A stretch of DNA of 64,000 nucleotides from Bugula neritina. Taxonomy: Eukaryota > Animalia > Bryozoa. The notes below the pieces were generated by a model. That model was given only the letters and a program-made list of their open reading frames with translations. It had not been told where the DNA came from and searched no databases. Positions 27,101 to 37,554 of this stretch are shown here, one piece after another; the stretch's first letter is position 1, and every line of letters starts with the position of its first letter. The translations under genes were made by a program, and so were the position numbers. The stretch is taken from NCBI GenBank assembly GCA_964035545.1, contig OZ037765.1, positions 25,729,504 through 25,793,503 of the forward strand. Direction: 5' to 3'.

Positions 27101-30100
27101 TTAAAATTTTTCATTTTGAGCAATGTCACAAGACACAACTGATATGCCATATGAAACAAGTAATATTATGGTGATCTGTTACAGAAACCTACTGAATAAT
27201 CCCCTGAACTGTGATTGCCACATGAGATGGTTTTCTGAATGGCTAAAACTAAAGCAATCAGATATTGTAACAGGTAGCCCAGCATGTCAAACTCCCGCGT
27301 CTCTTTTAAACAGTGCTGTTAACAGACTCTCAAATGATGAATTTGCTTGCAAAGGTGAGAACCGTATCGCATAAGCTTATATAACTATTTAATATAGTAT
27401 AGCTATATATATAACTATACGATATAGATATTATAAAACTATAAACACATTTTATGTAAAAACATGATGGTAATAAATCTTTAGTTTATCTTTTCATTAT
27501 TGCATTAAAATGGCTGTTATTATTTATTCCACTAAAGATGACACATGAAGTTTTTACATTTTTGAGGATATGTCGAAATACTTATTTTACTCACTAAATC
27601 ATTTAGTTAGCCAAGTTTTTTGCTAAAAGTAGTGAACTATGCCAGCTTCAATGTACATCAAATACTGTAAAACTCTTGTTCTCTTGTGCTTGCCAGTAGC
27701 TGCATAATGCCTCAGCTCCATCTGACAGCTATTAACACTACCTATGTTATTTAGAATAAACTCTTCATGCTGTGGCATCTTCTTTCACTTTGTGTGATAT
27801 TCTCTTGTCTGCAGCAGAGTCATCAGTCGGATGCCAACAGACAGTACAGGAATGCTGTTCAGATGATACGAAAGTTGTGAAAACATGTCACCCTCCAAGC
27901 GTATGTCCAAGAGGCTGCACTTGTCAGGGTACACAAGTCCGGTGCAGCGGGCTCGGTTTTACCAAGTTTCCAGAAAATATCCCAGTGGAAACAACAGAAC
28001 TGTAAGTTTGTGTAGATATGGTGGAGGAATGGTTGAGGAGACACAATGTGTAAAAGGTGCACATTATGCTTTCAAATGTTTTCTATAAAAACAACTAACA
28101 TCATATATGTTTTACTGAAACAGAATCTATAATACAAATTAGACCTTCTGTCTTTGAAAAATTTTCTTAGATCCTGGTGCTAAAATTGAGTTCATTCAAG
28201 ATATCATGCTTAGACACGAGGGAAAAAGAAGATAAATCTTCATACAATTATGCTATTCGGTGTTTAATGCATCATATTATTTCAATACCAATTATTGTTG
28301 AAACATGACTTTATTTTCTGAATCACTCTTGCTTACTTTACATATATGGCTATAGACCTGCTCTTGCACATTATTATTTGCTAACCTATAACTGGCCCAC
28401 TGAATAAAATATTTGAATTTTTTAATGTTAATGAGAAGGCAACTCCTTCACTGGCTACATGTTTACTTACAAGTTGACACATATCAGCTTTCAATCACAC
28501 ACACTTTTTATCTCTAAATTTAACCAAACATTTAAAACAATTGGCATGAAGTAAAAAAAAATATTGTAAAAGGTTGGTAACATATAAATTAGTGTTTGAG
28601 GTAATTACAGTCAGATTAGATATGCTCTCAGTTCAACTACAGAGTATGTAATAAACAACAGTTTTTACTAACTTCCTTACTATCTCCTATTATTTATGAG
28701 AATGTGTAAAATCAATAACCTCAAATAAATACTTTGAAAGTAAAGGAATCAATATTGATGCTATTTAATTAATGGAAATGTAAATAAACCTTACTGTTTA
28801 TTATCTTGTCATTATTTGCCAGTACTATCTAAAAATATGGCAATCATGCTGTTACAATTAGATTAACACATTGTTTTGTATGTAAATATAATATAATATA
28901 CATGAATGCTTCTGTCTTGAGCCTAAATCTATAAAAATAAATGTCAAATTTAGGGAATATTTGTCATCTTGTTAGTAATTATATCCCACACACACATGAC
29001 ACATGCCTGGTTTCCGTTACTTGTTACCACCCACACATTAACAACATAGAATTTCAAAAAGCTATGAATAATAAAACCTTATTGTGTTTCTGGTGGGTAT
29101 AATATTCTAAGACTGCACCAAACCATTGACCAATCTCTTCATTGATGTCTCATTAATATGCTATATATGTTGTTGTTTCTGGCAAACTTCTTTCAACTCT
29201 AATAATACACCAGTTGATGCATCACCTAACCACTAATAATGCTTTACAACGTTATGTCTATGACATTCTCTATCAGTTTTGGCTAACTATAATTTCATAG
29301 CTTACCAGCTAGTTTATATGTTGTCTTTTTAGTTACCTTGATGTTAACTCAATTAGCCAGATTCCACCAGAAATCAATAGACTTACTCATTTGACCAGCA
29401 TGTAAGTACTGTGCAGTACTTGACATACTACTCAACTCCCAACATCATCATTTCATTGATTTCAGTTTTATTCCTCAACTTACAGCTCTTATTCCTGCTA
29501 AACAAGTCGACTCGAACCACCCACACCTATTACTCTCCTCCTCTACATGAACTTCGTGGTGATAGTTCTGCTATCCAACTGCTTACTCTGTCTTTGCTGT
29601 GCTTAGCCTTTGCTTTTTAACAGGTGTTGCACCCCTCACTTTTGCTCATTTACAGGCCAAGTCACAGTTAGGTGCAGCACTGGAAAAATAGACTAAGTTC
29701 TTTAATTGTCTATACATAGTTTCTGTTTGGGATGCAGTTATAAATCCTCCCATGCAGGAACATAACTTCTTTTGTGGTATTCCTCATCTAGATCACAGAC
29801 TTTCCCCAAATTTTTCCATTACTGCACCTACCTATCTAGAATGTATGATTTATTGTTTGTAGTGTTATGCAGTTTGATTTCTGATTAAAAGCAACCACTA
29901 ATTTAACAAGTCACAAGCACCAAAGTCTCATCTTAAACTGTAGTATACGTGTGTATAGGCTTACATGTGTTTATTATACGCATTTATATGTTTTTCTAGT
30001 GATCTAAAAACTTTTTATTGGATCTAACTTGAGTTTTGGTAAATATTGTAGAGACCTGAGTAATAATAACATCCAGAATATCGGACCTAACCAGTTCTTC

Positions 30101-32396
30101 AATCTTACAAGAATGACAACTCTGTAAGTGTATTCATGATTAGTACATCTCACAGTTTCCTAGCTGTTTTTGTATGTCATAGAAGAAAAGCCAGAACTTT
30201 ATGGTACTTATAAAGATATTATCTTAATCTATCATTTTTTGTAGGATACTCAGCTACAACAAAATTAAATGTATTCAGCCAGACTCTTTAGCTAACCTCA
30301 AACAGCTGAAGCTCCTAAACCTTTATAACAATGATCTCTCAACGATTCCATTTAACTCTTTCAATGACTTAATTTCACTAGAGAATATGTAAGTATAGTT
30401 TTTTAAAATTTGCATATATTTATTGCACCTAATTTAGCAATTTATTCGGATTGCATAATAAGAGAATGTTAATGAATAAACTATAACATTTTCAGCTAGC
30501 TTCAACATGCTCATAACTGATAATATTATATTTGGCTTTTAATTTTAATAGGGAATAAAAATAATTGTTTATAATATAATTTTCAGAGTCCTCGGTGAAA
30601 ATCCACTATGGTGTGATTGTAACCTCAAATGGCTAGCTGATTGGATAAAAGTGGATTTTAAAGAAAATGGAGTAGCAATTTGCTCTGGACCTGCCCCACT
30701 TGAAAGAAAACTTCTGCTTTCAGCTGAGTCATCTATGTTCCAGTGTGCTGAAGGTTATAACTCTTCACCCATACTGCAGAAGTGTGATGCTTGTCACAGG
30801 AACCCTTGTGGAGGAAATGGTTGGTGTCAGTCCACTTCTTTTGATTCGTTTACTTGTCATTGTCAACCTGGCTACTATGGAAGCAGGTGTCAACAGGAAA
30901 TTGATGCATGCTTCGGAGAACCTTGCGAAAATGGAGGCACCTGCTCTGCTTCTGGCGGAAGATTTGAATGCCAATGTCTTCCAGGATTTAGTGGATATAT
31001 GTGTGAAGAAAATGAAGATGATTGTGTTGATAATAAATGTCAGAATGGAGCAACTTGTGTTGATAGGATTCAAGGATATGGATGCAAATGTGCTTTTGGC
31101 TATAAAGGGGAAATGTGTGAGCAGAGTCAAGATTTATGCGCTGAAATAAAACCTTGTAAAAATGGTGCAGAATGCCGAATCCAAACAGGAGACTATGTCT
31201 GTGATTGTCCTGTTGGCTTTACCAACAAAAACTGTTCAACGAATATTGATGACTGTATAGGCAATATATGCCAGAATGGGGCTCACTGCATTGATGGCCT
31301 AGGAGAATATTCTTGTGAATGTCTTCTTGGCTATAGCGGAAGATACTGTGCCATAAAAACACAATTGGTTCCAAACTATGTTGGGTCAAGCGTTTGCCAA
31401 AACAGTGATTGTCAGAATGGGGGTGTATGTTTTCAACCTCTCAGAAGCAATGAATATGTGTGCCGTTGTCCATCAGGTTATGAAGGTAAAAAATGTGAAA
31501 AGCTACAGTCGGTGAGATTTGTTGAAGACTCTTACATACAGGCACCAGGTCTAAACTTTTCATCATTTCAAAACATCACAATCACATTTACTACTGCTGA
31601 AGATAAAGGAATTTTATTTTATCAAGGAACAAACTCGCATATAGCTGTCGAGTTGTATCAAGGAAGAGTTCGTGTTCATTTTAATCCTAAAGAAGCTCAG
31701 TCACACAGTCTCATCATGTATAGCTATGCTACAGTTAACAATAGCCAACCACACACTGTTTCTGTGATTGTTGATGGGCCTCAAGTGTCCCTCTACGTGG
31801 ATGGAGGTATGCCACGGGAAGTTATGTCAGAAGGCAGTAAACGACACATCAATGGAATCAGTAATTTCTATATGGGAGGTTTGCCGGCAGAAATTGGTGC
31901 TAGGGCTAAGTACTTGTTCCATATTGGCAGAAAAAACAGCTTTAAAGGATGCTTTCACATTGTGTATATAAATGGGAAACCTTTTGATTTCAGTAGTGTC
32001 AATCTGATCAGCAATCAAGTTCTACCGGGATGTCGAGGAAAAAACTTACTAAAGGACCCTTGCGCTATGAACATTTGTCAGCATGGCAGCTGTGTGGCTG
32101 ACTATGATAAAATGGATTACAAATGTAAATGCAATGAAGGGTATACTGGCACGACATGCGACGAAATTAAAGTATCTTGTGTTGCAAGGAGTTACAAGGA
32201 TTATTATACTGATCCGCAAACTGGATGCAAATCTAAAGGCAAAGTCAAACTAAAAAGATGTGAAGGTGATAACTCATGTATCGTTAAGCGTACGAAAGCC
32301 AAATCTATAAAATTTCAATGTGAGGATAAATCTTCGTACATAAAAAATATTGAAATTCCTCGAAAATGCTCTCGGGTTAAAAACAGGAGAGCGTAA
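12142..32396 (+). CDS. slit: Slit guidance ligand: signal peptide, 4 LRR domains, 6 EGF, laminin-G, 1 EGF, C-terminal cystine-knot-like domain
   Basis: 24 in-frame GT-AG exons: 12142-12308, 13027-13098, 13258-13329, 14760-14831, 16048-16119, 16917-17124, 17594-17693, 19262-19418, 19792-19863, 21448-21519, 22068-22139, 23057-23128, 23607-23678, 24026-24270, 24606-24822, 25171-25242, 25553-25624, 26741-26812, 27185-27354, 27815-28001, 29333-29401, 30052-30123, 30245-30388, 30587-32396. Slit-diagnostic motifs: 'DLQGNNIT', 'LLLNANEISCLR', '[32 protein letters not shown]', 'YLDVN', 'ILSYNKI', 'HIAVELYQGRVRV'. Candidate poly(A) signal 33246-33251. Confidence 0.97.
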
Positions 32397-33479
32397 TCTC
32401 TAATTATATATATAGACATGTATCTACTTCACAGTTATTCTAATTAACAAATGTTTATCTATTTTCCCAAAACAATGTATAAATCAACTATATATTTTTT
32501 GTTTTTTGCTTATACCTAATAGATATATTTTTACTCTGTGTGAATTTGCTTGAGGACATTCTGGGTAGTAACGTGTATTGTCTATATATTATACAACTAG
32601 GTCACCAATGTGTTGCGTTGACTTATTATTCTATTAATTTATTTTTGTTTTTTAGTTATATTATGAATGTTGTATAATATATTTTTTTGTATAGGAAACC
32701 AGGTATTTGTTTACAGTTTCATTTTTTATAAATTTAGATATAATCTATCAAGAAGTATTTTACCAAAACATTGTAACCGATATAATATGTACATAAATAT
32801 CAGAAATTGACCTTTTTGTTCCATACCAAGTAACCTAAGCTTATTGTAATTATTCTGAACAAGTACCTGTTTTACTGTGAGCAAGTATAATTATGTACTA
32901 ATTTAATTCCCTTTATTTCTAACATTACCATGTATTTTATGAAATCTTCATCAAAAGACAATGTTATGTTATTTCAAAATTATTGCTGTAAATTAATTAA
33001 GCTATTTTCCAAAAGATGTGTGATTTCTATTGCATAAAATATAAATTAAATTGTCTGATTGCTCAACCCTGTTTGAATTGCAACTTTGTGTAAATCATGG
33101 AATTTACTGGGATATTGTGGAACAACATGGCTACATATTCATTAGTAAACTGGAAATTCTTTTGTGTATGCTGCACAAATATGATTATTAGTAAATTAAT
33201 ATCCATACTATTCTAATGCATTAAATGACTTTATAAAGTATACAAAATAAAAAGAGCAAGTTTTGTAATAATTAATACAACTATAATTGATCTAAATATG
33301 TCATAGTGTGATAAATTTATAATTGCAGGTTAGGAATTTTAAATTGTCCCCAATGACGGCATCATATATGAACATCTTAAGCTCATTATTGAAATCTTTG
33401 TGCTCATCTTAGTGATAAAAATGTTAGAATAAACCAAAGGTTTGTTTCCAACTTAGGTTAGCTTATGGGCGTCAAAATT

Positions 33480-33620
33480 TTATGTGCATGAGCAATATTA
33501 TGACAGAATGTCCTTTTGAACATCACCAATGGCTTTTGAAGAGTTTTGATTTAGCAGCTTAGCACAATGTTTGTCATGCTAGGCCAGTGCTTCTATCTGC
33601 TCGGATATGCAATGCTGTCT
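33480..33620 (-). mobile_element. Degenerate SINE remnant related to the element at 39262-39447
   Basis: 'atgtgcatgagcaatattatgacagaatgtccttttgaacatcaccaatggc' aligns by eye with 'atgtggcacatgagcaattatcactggatgcccttcctaacatcaccaatagc' at ~39327-39379. Ends are approximate. Confidence 0.55.
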
Positions 33621-34769
33621 CTTTGAGTTTGCAACAGAACATATAAATTTAAATCTCTGTATAATTCATAGCGACACACTGAAATTTGTATATAGCAATT
33701 TACAGTAACTCTGAGATTAAATGTATTACATGTAAAAGAAAGATTGAGTCTCTTGAAAACTGCTAATTACATAGAAACTAAGTGAACAAACTGCATATTA
33801 TACTGATTTTTAAGCATATAGCCAAGAAACAACAAGTTTTCCAGGTTTGTTAACAGCTTTATAACATTATTTTTGTAAAATGTGGATTCACTTACTGTGG
33901 ACTAACATTTTTTAACAGTGTTCAAACATAGCATCTAGCACGAAACCTAAATTTGAAAAACAACATGTACTTAAATTTTAAACTGCTATCATATTTTTTA
34001 CAAAGTTGTAACTGTAGTATAAAAGCTTTAATAGAAATTAGCTTAAAATTAGCAGTATATATATTATGTGTGCAGCTGGCTAATATGTAACATTCACCTA
34101 CTTTTTTACTTCTTTCCTTGCCAAAAGAAATTATTGTGCTTTACTAGGTATTTACAACCTCGTCTTTATTCTGTGTTGACTTTGCTAAAACTATCAAAGT
34201 AAATGCATTTGTATGACCTATATTGATGTAATGAGGATGTTTTAATTAACTACTGTATAGGCAAATGCGCTTTCAGTGAGGTCTTAATCTTACTGTAAGA
34301 GTAAACACATTTTCAGCATATTATATTGCATATGAATTTTGCATCAAAATAAATCAAAACAATGTAAAAATATTAATGTGCAAACTGTTGATTATATTAC
34401 TATAGCTATGGTTAGTGATGAAAGTTACTTTGTTTATTAAAGGAGTTGTTTATCCCTGCAAACAGTTTGTCGCATTGTTATTCCTTATATTTTACCCTGG
34501 TGTAGTTTTCTGACAATAATCATGAGTCATGCTTATTACATTTTTATTTGTTTTGAAACACAGGCTACACTCTCACTGCTCAGGTAAATTCCGAACTCCA
34601 GTCAACATCTCCACAATCGCAGCCTTTATCAGTATCACTTTATGCCTGAAATACATTGAATATATCCAGCCTCAACGGCTACTCATCCTTGATAGTGACA
34701 ACAGTAACTCACCTAGATGTAACTAGTAAGTTAAGCGATTTTTTGGAAGTGTGTCACTGTCAACTTCAA

Positions 34770-35638
34770 ATACCGTAATACTAAGTAATAGTAAAACTAA
34801 ATGTAATAGTAATACTAACTCTAAGTCTAATACTGATACTAATACTAATAGACTAATACTAATATTTACTAATATTAATAATAATAGTAATACTAATACT
34901 GTAATAGTCTAATAGTGATACTAAGTCTAATAAATAATAGTAATAGGTAGTAATACTTATTCTTAACTTACACATTTTTGTGATATCTAAATGTTCTATC
35001 GACACAGAGTGAGTACAGAGTGAGTATACTTATACTAATACTAATTAGTAATACTAATACTAATAGTAATACTAATAGAGTACCTATAATACTAATAAGA
35101 GTAATAATCTAATATTAATACTAATAGTAATAGTAATACTAATAGTAATGGCTAATGTTAATACTAATACTAATACTAATAGTAATACTAAGACTAAGAG
35201 TAAGTCTGATACTCATGGTCATACTGATACTCATTCACTAACCAGTAACACTAACTGAATAACATTAACTCCCAAGCCTAATATTTATATTTATATTAAT
35301 TTAGTTCAACTTGTAAAAGTAAAACTAGGTCAAAATGTATAGTTTAACTTTGAGTTAATGTTATACTTATACTTATAGTGTTGCACTATAATTATAACTA
35401 TAAGCAAAGTTTAAGTATAAGTATACGCTATACACTTACGGTATGTCTCAGACTCAGTAACTATAAGATTAAGTATAAGTCGTTGAGGTTTAAATTTTAA
35501 AACGAAATATGCCTTTATTTCATAGTTTATAGGCGTAGACCATAAGACTAAGTTATAAGAGTAAGCACAAGATTCAGATTGAGATTAGTTTAGGAGTAGA
35601 TGTAACACTATCTGCAAGACTAATTCTAACTATTCTAA
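34770..35638. repeat. Degenerate 6-bp-periodic array (TAATAC/TAATAG core, drifting to TAAGAC, TGATAC, TATAAG and similar)
   Basis: Directly visible tandem hexamers with TA recurring about every 6 nt over ~870 bp. Confidence 0.85.
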
Positions 35639-36762
35639 TATTCTGACTTTATTCATATCACATGTGGAGTACCACAAGGATCCATACTTGGTCCCACACT
35701 ATTCCTAATTTATATAAATGATCTTCCAGATGTAACTATGCATTTAGACCCTATATTATTTGCCGACGATACGAACCTCTTCTTTGAATCAAAAAATCTA
35801 TTAAACAATATGGACATCATAAACTGTGAATTAAAGAAAATTGAAAATTGGTGCAATAAAAATAAATTAACTGTAAATATGAGTAAAACAAACTGTATGA
35901 TAATCAAAACAGCGCAAAATAAACAAGATTTAAATGGCTTTGCCTTAAAAATGTTTAACAAAAAATTAGTGGAAGTAAAATCAACTACCTTTTTAGGTAT
36001 TATAATAGATTCACATCTTTCTTGGCAACAACATTGCAGCAAACTTTGTCAAAACCTAAGGCCCTTAGTAGGCTTGATAAGTAAATGTTTCAATCACCTA
36101 CCTAGAAAAATTCTCATACAAATATATAACTCTTTTGTAAATTCTAAATTAACATATTGCCTAGAATCGTGGGGTAATGCAGCAAACATTTATCTTGAAC
36201 CACTACATTTACTTCAAAAGAAAATACTGAGAATTATATATAAAAAGCATCACCTTTCCCCATCTAAACCACTGTTTCTTAGTTCTTCAATCATGCCTAT
36301 TCACACTCTACACAAATTCAAACTAATACTGCTCTCACATAAACTTTACTATTCTCAACCAACACATCTCACACATAACTATCCCACAAGATTTTCAGAG
36401 TTCAGCCTACAAACTCCTCCATCATCAACTGCTGCAGGTCAACGAAGAGTGGAATTCCAATGTTCGTCGCTATGGAATAAATTGCCTAGTTCTATTCATG
36501 CTGTGGGGAGGGAGGCTGGTTTCAAACTTGCCCTGAGAGACCATCTAATGGCAAATTTCCAGATAAAAAAATAATACTTTTCAAGTTGCTAAAACTTCCA
36601 AAAACCTAAACAAAAATCTTATATAACTGTCAACCATTCATGGCTCGGTGCCTCAACTAGCTACAGTGCTATTGCGCCATAGGCCCTGTCATTTTGTTTA
36701 TTTTTTTTTTTTTCTCAATTAAATTTTTCCCCGACTATGACAAAATAAAAACAAACAAACAA
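35639..36762 (+). mobile_element. 5'-truncated non-LTR retrotransposon (CR1/L2 group): C-terminal half of the RT ORF, 3' UTR and (AAAC)n tail
   Basis: Frame is open from 35639 (YSDFIHITCGVPQGSILGPTLFLIYINDLP...ILFADDTNLF...FLGIIIDSHLSW...YCLESWG...LWNKLP) to the stop at 36574. It ends in AATAAA followed by acaaacaaacaaac. Confidence 0.93.
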
Positions 36763-36890
36763 ACTATTACTAGTACTAGTAGACGTAGTAGCAGTAGTAG
36801 TAGTACTAGTACTACTAGTTGTACTAGTACTACTAGTGCTACTGATACTGTAACTGTAGGTGTAGTATCTGTACTGTAATAGTTACTATT
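36763..36890. repeat. Degenerate (TAG/TAC)n trinucleotide tract 3' of the LINE
   Basis: tactagtactagtagacgtagtagcagtagtagtagtactagtactactag... Weaker hexamer periodicity continues to ~37230. Confidence 0.8.
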
Positions 36891-37554
36891 AGACCCAAAA
36901 TTCATTTAACTAATTCTAAATTCACTAATGGTTACTGTAATAACATTATAATAATGATAGTAATAGTGACTTTTTTCTAGTTTATTACTTTATAGGGTAA
37001 AAGTTTATAAAAACTATGCTCATATTTATAACTTATGCTCATACTAATGCTGTATAACACACAAGTTTAATATTAATATAACTAAGCTCAAGCTGGAAAT
37101 GTTAGTATTAGTATTGATAAGTAAATTCATTTTTTTCTTTATTTTAGTTCTTCTTCTAGTAGTAGTTCTCAAGTTGACTAACATTAACACTAAAAATAAC
37201 TTCGAATTTAATAAGCTACTTATTATTATCTTGCCACTTGGTCTAACAAGCAATTACATTTATTGACTGCATAATGAAAATTGTTTAGATAAAACTACAT
37301 TGTAAAATTACTTTAAAATTTATTGCCATTAGCCTACAAAATAAATATAATGCAAAAAATCGACTATTTGGTTATTAAAATTATGCTATTGAGTTTAAAA
37401 ACTTTGGACATTTTGGTTTCGTCTAATTTCTGCTTGCAAAAAATGAAAACTGAAAAGATTCTATTATTTCCACATTGATAAATAATTCTAAGTGTATGAT
37501 TTAAAGCTTTGTGAATGGCTTTCACTCAGGTTTGATGCCCGATTGTGACTGTTG

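Noticed and set aside
29420-29680. C-rich intronic stretch that might be a decayed LINE 3' end
   Set aside because: Only vague peptide resemblance, with several stops; cannot be supported without a database search.
30700-32018. Overlapping ORFs (30700-31149 +, 30765-31130 -, 31768-31971 +, 31827-32018 -)
   Set aside because: Shadow frames of the Cys-rich slit terminal exon with no independent coding signal.
34770-35638. TxT/SxT dipeptide reading reminiscent of ice-binding beta-solenoid proteins
   Set aside because: Frequent frameshifts and stops, with no start, signal peptide or splice sites. The pattern follows trivially from the hexamer repeat.
36694-36879. Ser/Thr-rich 61-aa ORF
   Set aside because: It is a translation of the LINE tail plus the (TAG/TAC)n tract.
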